The notes below the pieces were generated by a model, which saw only the letters and a list, made by a program, of their open reading frames with translations, was not told the DNA's origin and ran no database searches. Source: Lytechinus pictus (lineage: Eukaryota). From it: DNA of 64,000 nt. Numbering within the stretch: the first letter of the stretch is position 1; every line of letters starts with the position of its first letter. Shown here one piece after another: positions 38,591 through 53,033 of the stretch. The stretch is from positions 41,914,001-41,978,000 of the forward strand of contig NC_087245.1 of NCBI RefSeq assembly GCF_037042905.1. Direction: 5' to 3'. The position numbers were made by a program, and so were the translations under genes.

Positions 38591-41500
38591 CATACAGTTT
38601 GAGGATTGCCCACATATTTAAGAAAATTTTGCTACTCTTTTGTACCCGTTATATTTCAAAATCCTGCATCAGCCACTTTTAATGATGATTCAAACGTATC
38701 CATCGTGATAATTTGGGCCAAATTTCAGGAAATCGAGAAAAATGTCACTTTTTTGCCAAAATTCAAAGGGTTATTTCACAAATTTTGATTGCAATACATC
38801 AATTTGATCTCCTGCTTATCATTCACCCGTGCTTTTAATATACCCTTATCCCTGCAGAGCTTTTTTATTGGGCAAAGTATTTGGTCTTCATTGCCCTTTC
38901 ATCTAACATAATTATATAGACAAAGAAATTATAAAAAGCATTATTAATACCAACGTATTTGTTATTCAGAAAAAAGAGAAATAATACGCACAGGGGGCGT
39001 GTGCCCCCATCCCTTCCCCCAAACTAAAGGAGTCAATCCTAGGGGCAGGCGTGATCGTATCCCAATGAAAATATGGGGGTAACCGTGTATCGATATGCCC
39101 CCATAACTTTGACAATTTCAACAACAACAAATTCATGCAATGCAATGCGTAAATGGAATAAAGCACTAAAGCATAAAATACTATTATTATTATTTTTATT
39201 ATTTTATTCGGCATTTCAACAAAAACAGTTTACAATCAATTTACAAGAGAATATACAATTACAAGTGAAAAGGGATGTTTACAGAACAAGTCCAGGTTGC
39301 CTGGAAAAGGAAAAAGTTAAATAAGTTACTGTAGCCCGCAGGCTTTCCTCCCCGACCTGGACTTGTATGTTAACACCCCAAGAATAAAAACATATAGGCC
39401 TATATAGATTATTATATTAATACAAACAATAATTCATATAGAAAAAGCATATTGAAATTGGTATGTATAAGAACAATCAAATATAGTGTGATTAGAAACG
39501 TAATTACAGGACAACTTAAAGAAGGTGTGGTAAATTGGTATTTAGATATACACAAAATTTTGGACATGATTTCACCCCCATGTGAAGCATGAATCGACAC
39601 CTCTGTACACCTTTTTTTTGCTTGTCACATTTATCTATAAAAGTTGTCGGTCAAAGGTGTTGATATTATTGAGTGGTTCTATCAGTCAATGCTTTAACCA
39701 CTGCAGTCACACTTACGAACCAGATACCACACTGACCGATGATGCCACACGAAATGACGTGTATTAAACTCGATCGTCTTTACCGGTGTGACGGCGGCAT
39801 TCGCCTGCATTGCCCAAAGCAGTGGTCATCTGTCATTAATTTTGTCCATCCATTACCATCAAAGAGGAGATTCATTCTGTCATTAAGATGCCCGCCGCCC
39901 CTGATATAGCTTCCATAAATTCCCCTTTTCTATCTAAGATTGGTATAATTACTGAAGATATTTTCCCATTATAGCGGTGTATAATATCCACTCCTTCAAA
40001 ACAATGTCAGACATTTCTCCCCTTTTTCTGTTTTTAAGGATTAAAACTAAGTTGGCGTCGGGGTGAAACGGTCCATTTAAAAGTTCCTTTAAAAACGCTT
40101 GACGAAGTTGCGGGACAAGGTCGAGGACGACGAATGACCATCGCAAAGCGCCGCGGCAGCTGCCCGCAGACTGAACGGGGGTGACACTCAAAAGAAAGAA
40201 AGCCAAGAGAGCAGGTGTGATGCTACTGCTATCCGATGAAGATAGAACGGTTACGAGACGGTGATTGACTGGGATATGAGCCCTGGGTCCCGTCTTACCA
40301 TGCATGTCTTACAAAGACTTGCGGTTGATCCGATCAACCACAACCATGAAAAGCCAACAACACCAATATCTAAATCCATGTGTGTTCAAAATGTTTTTTT
40401 GAATGTATATTTCATACGTTCGTCGTTGTCTAGCTATTCAGTGTGCTCCTCTACGTCCTCCATGCATGTTTACAAAAAGAAATTGTGCAAAATTCCTGTA
40501 GGGCAAAATTGTGGCATTTATTGATTTCTATATTCAGGTTGGTCAGATCAATTTTATAAAGCAGGGCCCCTGGTAAATCAGATTATTTGAATGACAACAG
40601 TAGGATATGCATCGAGGGTCCGTTGTCTTGATTTGGGATATCTTTTCAGCATTTATGGGCAATGGATGTGACCCTTGCCCCTACCATCCCCCCTTCCCGT
40701 CTAACAACCGCTACAAAATGTATCCCTTTTACTTCAAAAATATATAATAAAAGGGAAACTTCCAATCATTACAGGATGAATGTTCAAAATTTGAATAGAA
40801 ACAGTAAAGGCACGTGACAAGGTCGAGTATATAGATAACAGCAGAAATAAAACTGATTGAAATAATCTACGGTATTATTATGGTTAACCATGATGTCCCA
40901 CTCCTATAAAAATTCTCTGTTCTAAATTTTGAGCAAAGACATATTTGGAAAATATGGTATCGAACTTAACCCCCCCCCCCAAAAAAAAAAAATAATAATA
41001 ATAATAATAAATAATAACAATATCATTGATGACACAAAATAATACAATAGGAAGGATGTCTAGCTACACACAAGCACGGCACTATACCTTTCAATGTCGA
41101 AATAAAAAAAAACATTTGCCATTTTTCTTTTGGGGTGTTACTTTGTATAAAAAATGGTTCTCGTCAAATGTTAATTTTCCTCACTGAATATATGACAAGC
41201 AAAGAAAAAAGGTTGTCACTTCCCAAACCGGCATTATTTATCTTTTTCTTTAGAACTAATTTTCTGAGGAGTTTTGGGGTTCGGCCATGGAGTGCACTGA
41301 ATTATTATCCACCAATATGACAATATTCCCTTTTTAATGAAAAATTGAGAATTTGTATTGTAAATGCACATAAATATGCACTGCTGGAGTGTATATACAG
41401 TAAAATGACCCCTATAGCATATGGAGAGTGATAACCGTATTTTATGTGGAAAAGAAACTGCAAAATAAGTATATGGAATTAAAATAAGATTTTTTTTTGG

Positions 41501-42644
41501 CATATATCATATTAACCAATATCTAACAATGTCCAATACTGCACTCTTTTTATTCAGCTATAAATGTAGTTCCTTGTTAAAATTAATGTAATGAAAATGT
41601 TCATGGGAATACTTACATGTAGGCCAGCAGCATCTAGTCATAATAAAAATTGTATCGAAACTGACATTTTGACGTTTAATTCAGCTCGGAAACGCTAAGT
41701 CATTTTTATGGGAATACTTACGTCTTGAAGGCTTTTTTAAAATCGCAATCCTCAAACGCTGGAGGGATAAAAGAATGCTGTTAGTATAAATCGCATGGAG
41801 TTTTTTCCGCCGACGATATTGGAGTATAGTACTCTTAGCATTTAGAAGATGATGAGAAATATAATGTATGAAAGAAGTCGCATTTACAACAAATCATGAT
41901 AAGAAACAATAAAATGTGTTTTATTTTGAGGGAATGAACGTTTCAAAGGATATGCAGCGGTCACAATCGCCTTGAATTATAGCAAACATCTGCTGCAGTT
42001 CTGAATCTGTCCCAGATTTCTTTTCCAAAATGCATTCATTTAAATCAAGAAGTCTCATCCATAAACGCCCTTTTAAAATGATAGATGTAGTCGCTGCTCT
42101 TTTTTACCACATTCGGCATGCAACAAATAACTTGCCATGACCCCCCCCCCCCAAAAAAAAGAGAAAGCAATTTAATGAAAATTCTCGCAATCGCTGCTTT
42201 CATAAACAAATCACTCTCGATTGCTTCTGCTATGGCTAAAACGAATAGTGCTCCTGTTTTTCTCTTATAATGAAGATAAAAATAGTATATCATTACAGGA
42301 AAAATAATGAAGACAAAATAATAGGAAAAAAAGAAAAGAAGAATTTATTATGTATGGTAAAAATAGACAGTTATGACTGGGCATGTTTTGCCGATTTAGC
42401 TGGAAAATATGTTCGTAATTGATGAAGATTTTGTCGGCTAGCAACACAGTCAATTATGATTTTTTTCAGTAACGATATCGTATCCCTTTAGGCGTCATCA
42501 TTAAAATTCGAAATTTGATTCTGATACGTGGTACACATCTCTCAATGTGAAAGATTTAGAAATTTGCTCATTTTAAGAGGTTTGAAACGTAGTTTAATAT
42601 TTTCATGCATTAATGACAACTTCTCGGAAACCCTTTGTGGAGAT

Positions 42645-42848
42645 CACGGGCGGATCCATGATTTTCCAAGAGGAGGGGGGGGGGGGGCACATTTTTCTGA
42701 GGAAAAATTTGACAAGCAAATAAAAAAAGGTCTTCACTTCCAAAGGGGGAGCACTCTTCTGTTTTAACGGCATTCTTACATTACAATTTTTAATTGTGCC
42801 TCTCAAAAGGGGCACAGCCGATCCGTGCCCCACGTGGATCCGCCAATG
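42645..42848. mobile_element. hAT-type MITE
   Basis: CACGGGCGGATCCA...TGGATCCGCCAATG; perfect 8-bp TSD GTGGAGAT. Confidence 0.9.
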
Positions 42849-43040
42849 GTGGAGATGAATTCAGCAATGTTCTTTTTTATAATAATAATAATAATACATG
42901 TGACTTACAAACCTCAAAATTCCATTTTGTATAGAGCGCTCAAGGCGCATATAAGAAATTACGACAGAATAAGATGTCAGAATACTATCGCTTCCAGCAA
43001 CCCTTTTCTCTCTCTTTATATAAACCCACACACCAACAGA

Positions 43041-44498
43041 CAGTGGCGTAACTAGGGGGGGGCATGGGGGTACGTCCCCCCCCCCCCACCCACCACGAAT
43101 CGGCTGGCAAAAAAAATGGGGAAAAAGAGAAAAAGAAGGCTGGAGAGAAACGTAATGGGAATGAATAAATTATTGTTCATTATATTGTTCTATCATAATT
43201 ACGTTATGTTATATTACATAAAAAACTTTTTTTTTCATTTATGAAACATAATTTGCTCAGGGCCAATGCCCTCATTGTTCTTGATGCTCGCATTGTCTGT
43301 TTTACGAGATATATAATCTTGTTGTGCTAAAACCTCCCGTTTTTAAGTCAATATACACCAAATATATTTCCTCGCACTTCGAATTATTGTTTATGTAGTG
43401 ACATATGCTTCTTTTTCATGACTACTTAAAGTGATTGCCCGTCCGTGCTTACGTTTGCATTAGTGGATTGGTGAGATGCGTCTGCTCTTCATGATTTCCT
43501 AAAATCAGTCTTTAAACTGTCCCGTTTTCTGATTTGAATATTAAAAAAATTCAGCTTGCGCTTCGCACTCGCATCATTCGGTTAGTAAAATACGTATGGT
43601 CTTCGTGAATTGCTAAAAACAAACCTTAGAATGCCCTTCTTCAGGTCTGAAATTCCTAAATTTTCAGCTCTCGCAATATTTGATTAGTGAGACGCTAATG
43701 ATAACCATGATTTCAATGACTACAAGTGCTTCATGGGTTTAGATGTAATTCTAACAAAATCAGCATGCGCTTGGCACTCGCATTAAATGACTATGGTGAG
43801 ATATGTGTACTCTTAATTGATTCCTTAGAAAATAGTCCGTAAAATATCCCTGTTGGGGGTCAATATATACACAAATTTCAGCTCGTGCTTCTCGCTCGCA
43901 TCATTGGGTTAGTGAAATATGTATGGTCTTCGTGAATTCCTACAAACAAGCCTTAAAATATCCCTCTTCAGGTCTGAATTTCCAAAATTTTCAGCTTGCG
44001 CTTCGCGCTCGCATTATTTGATTAGTGAGATGCGTATGTTAATCATGATTACAATGACTGCAAGTGCTTCATGTGTTTAGATGTAATTCTAACAAAATCA
44101 GCAAGCGCGTGGCACTCGCATTAGATGACTATGATTAGATATGTATACTCTTAATGGATTCCTAAAATTTAGTCCTTAAAATGTCCTGTTTGGGGTCAAT
44201 ATATACAAAATTTTCAGCTAGCGCTTCGCGTTCGCATATTTGTTTAGCGATACAGGTAAGCATCATGATTACAAAATTGCTTTTAATGTCCCTTTTTAGG
44301 TCTGAATATAAAAAAATTCAGCTCGCGCTTCGCGCTCGCATTATGGGATCAGTGAGATACATATCCGTTTAATGGCACTGTCCTTAAAATGTCTCTATTA
44401 GGTCAGTATACCTGACTACTGCGCGCTCAGTAAGTGACTTAAAATTTTGGCTGGTGCATCCCCCCCCCCCCAATACCGTGACCCACGGTACGCCACTG
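43041..44498. mobile_element. hAT-type non-autonomous element, inverted homolog of 33694-35103
   Basis: CAGTGGCGTA...TACGCCACTG; perfect 8-bp TSD CCAACAGA. Confidence 0.92.
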
Positions 44499-44804
44499 CC
44501 AACAGACATAAATATATACACTCTAATTAATTCCAAGGATTTAAAATAATCCAGATCGTTAAAGCCTCCTCGTGGTTTTTTTTTTACACAGACCAACAAA
44601 AAATCCAATATGATAAAAACAACGAAATGTCACGTTCCCTCTCAGAAATAATACATCCATTAGTCGTCCTAAATACGATTCCCATTGCCTCAAAGGCCAC
44701 ACAAAACCATATTCCACACTCTTCAAATCATTTTAAATCATGAAGGGAAATTCCCTTCGTCGTGAAACAGCTGTGCTTCAATCCATTAAGATGAATGTTG
44801 TTAA

Positions 44805-45395
44805 AGGACAAGTCCACCCCAACAAAAAGTTGATTTGAATAAAAAGAGAAAAATCCAACAAGCATAACACTGAAAATATCATCAAAATCGGAAGTAAAAT
44901 AAGAAAGTTAGGACATTTTAAAGTTTCGCTTAATTTCATAAAACAGTTATGCACATCTTGGCTGGTATGCAAATAAGGAGACTATGACGTCATCCACTCA
45001 CTATTTCTTTTGCATTTTATTATATGAAATATGGAATATTCTAATTTTCTCCTCATTGTCAAGTGATAACCAATTTTAATTCCTCCCTAAACATGTGGAA
45101 TTAGCATTGTGTAATAATATATGGTTCAGTCAAGTTGGTCCATATTGTCAAATCTATAAAAAATGAAATATTGTATAATTGAAACAGTAAAAAACAAAAG
45201 AAATAGTGAGTGATGGACATCATCGACTGACTCACCCAGTTGTGCGTATCACTGTTTTGTGAAAAATAAGCGAAACTTTAAAATTTCATAACTTTCTTAT
45301 TTTACATCCGATTTTGATGAAATTTTCAGCACTATGCTTAATTTGATTTTTCTCTATTTATTCAAGGTAGAATTTTCCTGGGGTGGACTTGACCT
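44805..45395. mobile_element. Kolobok-type MITE (family B)
   Basis: TTAA|AGGACAAGTCCACC...GGTGGACTTGACCT|TTAA. Confidence 0.92.
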
Positions 45396-47959
45396 TTAAG
45401 TAAGCACGGGGATACTTCTCAGGGGCCGCGGAATCTTTTTTTTATTGGGGTCAACAACTTCACATGGTGTTGGTTTTTAACGAATAAAATGCCAAATCAG
45501 AAGAAAAATTATGATTTAATCGTTTATGTCACAAAAACAGGGGAAACTGAAATCAAACAAGTTTAAACTATGCATGTATCATTAGAGCCTCAACTTCGAG
45601 TTCAATTTATCAACAACAAAAAAAAAACATCTCACAAACAAGAATTATTGATCAGATCATACAAAATAAATATCAGTTTCCAAGAAAATATTGTGTTACA
45701 ATTGGACTCTCATCCCATCTAAAATAAAAACGCACCGGGCACATATGCCTTTGTATGCTGTAAACTTTCTTCTTCTTTTTTTTTTGAGGGGGAGGGGTAA
45801 ATAGAAATAAATCTAGAATTATGGTCATTTTTAATGAAAATGTTTTCCCAATTTAAGGGCTAATGACGGTGGGAATCAGACTGTGGTGACATTTAAGAAT
45901 AATTAAATACATTTATGTTTTTACTCTCCAGCATTTCATTTCTACTTTTAATATAAACCTTTTAAATTATATTCTCAACACACTTTGCATTCGTTATCAG
46001 CGGGATAATGGAGACATCTGGGGCCCGTTTCACAAAAAGTTACAAACACCGCAGCAGCTTTGCCGTTATGGCAACTGCCATAAAGTTACAATACATAGAT
46101 AAAATGGGCCCGAGCTCTCAACAAACGATGGTATTTAATTTTGCACTGTAGCTGCAGATGGAGTGGGGCCTGTGGGCTATATGGACCCCAGAATTTTCAT
46201 GACCAAAATTAAGAAAAAAAAGGGGGAAAGGGAAAGCGGGTGATGTATTATTTTCTGAAAATCTTTCAGAAAATTAGACCTTGGTTTTGAAATGGTCGCA
46301 TTTTTGTTCGTTGGCTTTGTTTCCTCACTGCCTTTTTAGAAAATAATGTTTCCCATATACCCATACGCCATGTCTGTTCCCCCCAAAATTGGCGCATTAA
46401 GCTACTGATGTCTTTGTCTCTCTTGTCACAGCATTCTCCAAAATTGTCTTACGACTTCAACTCTGTATTAAAGGTTTTGCTGTAGTGTAAACTGATCCGA
46501 TGACACAAGTCATTACGCCACTTAGGATTGGGTGGTCTGTTTACATTGTGCTATAGGATGCAGAACCGTTTCAGAAACACAAACATGACAGATAGTAAAC
46601 ACACTGCACGTCGTTCACATCACAGGTTGTGTTTATATACAGTTGCCATAGCAACAGCGATGTCAGGAAACATGCTATTGGATATGACCTTATTGTGTAC
46701 TTTTCGAGAGGACGATGATCGTCGTGACATTTTCATTGTTTGAACACATCTATTAAAAAAAAGAAATGGGTTATAGGGGGTGATACAGCGGTTAGAATAA
46801 CAATGCGATAATTACTATTCCGCTGTTATTGCAGTTTCATGAATTTCATGAATAACAAAATGATGGGGCTATATGAGTCGGAGATTAATGACTGCTATTA
46901 CAATGATTACAGTTTTGAATTCTCGTTTCATTTTTCATCAGCTGATTGTTGCCATCATAAAGTTTTCAATCGTTTCATTTTTCGTCAGCTGATCGTCGGT
47001 AATTAATCACTTTCTCGGATAACTCATCACAATATAATTATCAATATAAATATACATTCAAATGGGCAGCGTGTAAAAAAAAGGAATTTCAGGTGTTGCA
47101 TCTGTTTCGAGTGTTTTATGTTGGCTAAACATGTAAAATGAACGCCCAATGTATTCATGCAGATTATCCTAAGTTGCAGAATAACCGATCAATTGGTATG
47201 CCCAATAAAATTTGAAAAAGGGTGCCTACATCTCAAATTCATTCTAACGGATAACACAAGAAGGTCACATTATGACGAATCCACGTCACAAACAAGAGCT
47301 TTTCTCCATTTGAACTACATGCATATGACACCAACACACACGCACCTCCCACCCACACACACACACCCAAATGAATAAGTGACACGCCCATATTCATGAC
47401 ATATTCATAGGGACATCATAGATTTGCCAATTTCTGTTTCAATGATCGCAACTTCAAAATGTACTGAAAAACATGGATTTTAATGCACTCACTCAACTCT
47501 CAGTGTCCCTGTACAAAAAGATGCATGCTATACAGAAATACTCCATTTCAGACACGTATTGAAAACAGCATGATGGCTTTTAAAATGTGTCAGTTGGTAA
47601 AGATTTATTTCGTTGACTTCCATTAACCTCAATTTTCATGATCATCATGATTTACTTTCTACTCTTTTACCAGAGCATTAAAAGCATCCTCATGCGATAT
47701 GTGGAAGTGGAATCCCAACCAAGTCTTCAAGACTATTCATAATTCATAATACTCAAAACACACATGTATACATATAATAATTAATAAAAACTCTGAATTC
47801 AATTTCAAAAACTCCCTATCTATCTCCATTCAATTGTGATTACCCTCAATCTCTAATAACAATAATCGGGTTATTATAATGCAAATAGACATACATTGTA
47901 TGTATCTAATCGCTTATAGAATTATAATCACCCAAGTCATCAGATTCAATAAGTCATTC

Positions 47960-48152
47960 CCTTGGGAGTATCCCAGCTAGTCGCCGTTGAGCAGCACAAA
48001 CTGGACAAGCTCCGACTTTCAAATCCTACCAGGTACCCATTTAACACCTGGGTGGAGAGAGGCAAAGTGCCTTGCAAAAGGATGCTTGGCCAGGGTGGGA
48101 TTCAAACCCATGACCCTCTGATTGCAAGGTGAGAGCCAGAACCACTACACCA
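47960..48152 (-). mobile_element. Degenerate tRNA SINE
   Basis: GGTACCCATTTAACACCTGGGTGGAG core and GGGATTCAAACCCATGACC (reverse complement of a B box). Confidence 0.7.
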
Positions 48153-49788
48153 GGCCTCTTCCAGTCACAAGATCCCGTTCACAACTTTCAAAGTTTCGTA
48201 AGACTTCACAGAAAGATATAATGAAATAAGATTTGATGTCAAATTTTCATCAGAGCAAGGAGAATGTTACTTCTCTCGACAAATAGGTAATGCATATATA
48301 TGCACTTCCCCTGCACAATAAGTACCAAGGGATAACTATGATATAATATATCTCTAAAAAAAACCCAAGAAGCATTCTACCTTTTTCATGGGATGGTGGT
48401 GCTATCTAATGTACCAAGAATGATTAAAAAGCACCAAAACCTTTACAAAAGTAAATCAACAAATGTATCCTCATGACTATCCAGTACTACTATCCACCCT
48501 GTTATTATTTTTCTTCATCATAAAAACAAATATACAGATAAATACCAATATTGCTAAGAGTAAATCTGCTTGAGTAATGAATTATATAATTGTACCAGAT
48601 TTTATTATTCTAAAAAATTATTCTAGAAATCTTTCCCTGTAGTTATTGCATGGTCTTTAAAAAATGTCAAAATCAATGAAAAAAATTGTTAGAAAGCCCA
48701 TGCAATTCTTGATTCGCTGAAAAATAAAATTGGCAATAAACTTCATGAACTTTTATCGGGAGCAAACTTTTAAGAACATGACCATAAAGAGCTTTGGAAA
48801 ATTCCTGACAGATGCATGGTGAGTTTTTGAGCAATAGATGGCGGCAAATATCAATCTGCAGTGGTGTGGGGAGATAACTCTACCACCTTTGCACAGCTTT
48901 CGTACATATGAAATTTAGTTTTAGTAATAATTCTGGGGAGGTATTCTGAAAGTAACCTTATCTTCATTTTTGTAAATTTCAGAATAATTTTTGAAGGTGT
49001 TCTTGTAAATGGTTGAAGTGCACAAGATTGGGCCCATGGACCCACAGTGACAACCCCTGTTATTCACAAAGGTGAATTTCATTGCTCATAATATTCTCAT
49101 TTTGGATATGATATGTCCATGATACCTGCACAAACACAAATCAATATGTACTCAATATTGCATAAGTTTCTCCATAATCATCACTTCATATGAAGCCCAA
49201 TAAATGAAATACAGAATGAATACAATAAATGAAATGAAGAATACAGGCAATATAAAGCAATTCTGTGCATGCATATCAATATAAAGTAAATCAACCTTCT
49301 AAACCCAATTAAGTCTGCATAAATTGACCTTCCAAGGATCAAATAATCATCCAAAGTTCAAACGATTACTCAGACCAGTTGCATGTGTTATTCGCTCTTT
49401 CGTAGACGAATATCATCGAAGTTGAATTTATATATCTTTAATCCAAAGAGATTTTAATCAGACATTCTCCCACCTGTAAAGGCAAAATAAATATTACCTC
49501 AGGGAAATATATGTATGGGTCACACGATAACCTCGAACTGCAAAATAATGATTTTTTTTTCACACACAAAAAAATTGTTGGTACATGCAGGTAAATACAT
49601 TCATCATTTATTCTTAGCACACTAGACCACATGCACTAGTGTAGGTATACACACAAATGTATGTTTCCCTTTGTTTTAATAAAAAGGCAGAATGCTACTT
49701 GGGTTTGAAAAAAGTACAATGACTGAGAAATAGAAGGGTACTAGATGGCATTTTGAATAGTGTTATCATTTTCAGTGCTGAGAATATA

Positions 49789-50149
49789 CCAGGTGAGTGT
49801 TTCATAAAGCTGTTCTAAGTTAAAAGTGACTATAATAACGACTGATGAACATTTCTTACGCGCTAACCCATCGCCAATGAATATACCATTTACCACAAGA
49901 AAGGATCACCAGTCGTTCTTAGTCGGTTTTACTTTACGAACAGCTTTATCAAACACCCACCAGGTGAGTGTTTCATAAAGCTGTTCTTAAGTTGGAAGCG
50001 ACTATAACAAGGACTGGTGAACCTTTCTTATCCGCTAAACCATCTCCAATGAACAATTAATGGTGAATATCATTTACCACAGGAAGGGATCACCAGACGT
50101 TCTTCAAGTCACTCTTAACTTACGAACAGCTCTATGAAAGAGCCCCCAG
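49789..50149. mobile_element. Head-to-tail dimer of a ~175-bp MITE
   Basis: CCAGGTGAGTGTTTCATAAAGCTGTTCT at 49789 and 49960; each unit ends in TTACGAACAGCT.TAT.AAA. Confidence 0.85.
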
Positions 50150-52396
50150 CTCGATACTGCAATAATGGGGCAAGTACATTCCATAAAACTTGTCAGCAAT
50201 CCAAGGAGCCTCCTGTTGTTAGCTACAGAAATCAAGCCATTTGATTGGATAGACACACTTTGCAATTGACAAATTGTTTACATATGGCACCAATGTTAAA
50301 TCTGATGGATCTTTTTCCTGTAAATTTCCTTCAAACAATAATACACACCAATGAGGGCAATAGTAAGAATTATGCACACACGAGGTTCATTTGGAAAAGT
50401 GCAATCACACCTATGGCTCGGCGTTTGGACAGTTTGTTTCAAAGGTAACAAACATGTGTAATTATTCTGATGCCCAAGCAAAAATACTGTGTATTATTTG
50501 TTTTATAAGAGAGTGATTTGGATCCTTGTTATATGATAAACCATCATTATCTCATAGACGTCAGTGCAGAGATTTAGTTTTCGGGGGAGATGCAACAATA
50601 AGTGCCCCCCCCCCCCAAAAAAAAGGATAATCCTCTGTGCTGACATTCATGCCTTGTCTCAAAACCAAGACCAGCCAATAGCACTAGTCATTGGTACCAG
50701 TCAATAGCAAAAATATAAATGACTGTATGAGATAGATTTCAGCCAATCATTTGATTAGGATTCATATCACAAATAATGATAAAATTATACAGGCATAATA
50801 TATTCCCCTATGAAAAAAAATCTGAAAAATAGCCAAGGGTCGCTAAGTCACCGCTGAAGTCCGAGGCACCGCGGTCGGGGTTACAAGCTCTTGCATAGTA
50901 AAGAAATTGAAAGTGACTTTTCAAGGTGAGTCTGCATGATAGTTTTATCATTTTATCAGCAGTAAAAAAAAAAAACAGTATGATAATTTTTAGGCACAGG
51001 ATTTCATGTTTAAAAGAAAAAATGAAAAAAAAAGGGGATAAAAAATCTGGAAAAAAAATTGGAGTCCGATTTTAAACGGGAGAATATCACGCCTGCTCAA
51101 AAAGATTTCCATTGCAAAGTCAAAGAATCAAATGGGGGAAATTAACACATTAAAGGGTTCACAAGTCTCTCTTTTCAAATGGTCTGGAAGCTCTCTACTT
51201 ATATAATATGTCAGATAAAACTGAGTTTTATAGACTGAATGACCTGAATTTAAAAAGAAAGGGATTACGCTAGGACTAAAACGGGGAACAAAACCCTGTC
51301 CTATTATTTTAAGCACAAGTTGGGTAATAATGATGGACTTTCCAAATTACTCAAAGCCCAATGTAACATTATGTGTAATAAGGACAAATAAGTGCAAATT
51401 ACCCATGTGCAGTCACTGCAGTCCTAAAAAAATACACAATTTGATCATATTTAGTGAGTGCGTAGTATTATAAATCCTAGGTGGAAGATTTAAGAATTAG
51501 TGAATTCGAACCAATCTGTTTTGTGTGGTCTCAGTTGGCAAGTAAGGCGTATTAAAGGGGGATTGACATCTGTTTTCATGGGTAATTTGACACCATTCGG
51601 ATATAAATCACACATGGTCCAAACCATGGATGATAGAGATTTATAAATGAGCAGATGTTATGTAAGATGTTATGTAACGCCACTGTAAAATGCCTTTACG
51701 TTAAAGCCATTATCGCACTTTACCTGGCCTGACGGTTGCCCAACGGTTGTGAAAAAAAAATTAAATCAGGCTTGGTTGAAGAATTTCTTGCTTTCCCCGA
51801 AAAATGCCTCTGTCAGAGGTGTTTCATATGCTTTTTGCAAAGTCTGCAGTCAGCAAATAGTAATGAATTCCCCATGAAAACTGATGCCCCTTTAATCTAA
51901 AAGTAAAAAAAATTGTAGAGAAGGTGGAAGAAACACAAGAATAATCATTTATTGTGAGTTTTCAAATTCATTTCATGATATTTCAGAAATGATATCATGA
52001 AATGAAGGTCCTTTGCAAAAGATTGCTATTCAAACGCCCTAAAATATTTAACAAATAGGAGCTGCAACAGCCGGCTATTTTGTTGTGGTCCGATACATGC
52101 TCATCTGTGCCTTGTGCAAGACATGTGATTCTCAGAATAATTGGGTTTTACTCGTTATTATTTGGTTGATTCCAATGCTTTCTAGCACACACCACAGACT
52201 GAATTCAATCAGTATCATAATAACAAATCTGCAATAACAGTTTTAAACTAATGAAATGCTTTTTCGAACTGACTGGGTGATAAGAGAACTTGTTATAGAA
52301 TTGTGCATTTGTTATTACAACAATTCTTTATGAAACCAGACCCAGTTATTTCATAAACACTTTGAAAGGGTTTCCACCATTTTTCAAAATTCACAA

Positions 52397-52531
52397 CTAG
52401 TGGCCTGTAAAACAAAGCTTAGCAATGATCGTAGAACAATTTCTATGATTGATTCCATTGACTAAAATGTACAATCAATCGTGAAATCAAACGGGTTATT
52501 TATCGCTAACCTTTGTGTTACGGGACCCAGG
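52397..52531. mobile_element. Short MITE of the CTGGG type
   Basis: CCTGTAAAACAAAGCTTAGC ... GCTAACCTTTGTGTTACGGGACCCAG. Confidence 0.6.
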
Positions 52532-52825
52532 ACTAAGATGTATCTTTAAACCGTGAAGACTGACCAAGCTCTAGCTATCCCAGCATGCACCTCCATTTAT
52601 TGCTTTGGAATCTGAGGAATTATCTGACCTTCTCCAAATCTAGGAGTTTAAGGTACCTTGTCAAAAATCTGTGTCACGTCTCTTACCAGGAAGACCCGCT
52701 ACAAATGCACCATGTTTCTTTTCATAACAGCTTTCCTGTTTTCTTCATTGTTATGGCTATGATGAACTATGAGAAAGGCCGCTTGCGGAATTCCCACGTG
52801 AAAGGCTCTTTGACAAGGTACCAAA

Positions 52826-53033
52826 TACCTAGTTCTCACTGTCACGCTTTGCGTCACAATTTAAACCGTGGTCTTAATCGTGGATAACCACAATGACCAT
52901 ATCAAGATCACATCAATTCAGTTGTGGCAATTGACAGCAGAAAACTTTTGAACGGTTTAAACTTTTTGGCGAACAGCTACAAAAAACCAACTGTGGCGTT
53001 CTTAACGGATCGCGCGACAGTGGGAATGAGGTA
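52826..53033. mobile_element. MITE just downstream of the DLAT-like stop codon (probably in the 3' UTR)
   Basis: TACCTAGTTCTCACTGTCACGC ... GCGCGACAGTGGGAATGAGGTA. Confidence 0.7.

Noticed and set aside
39949..40305. 118-aa minus-strand ORF
   Set aside because: No recognisable domain or convincing splice structure; treated as non-coding.
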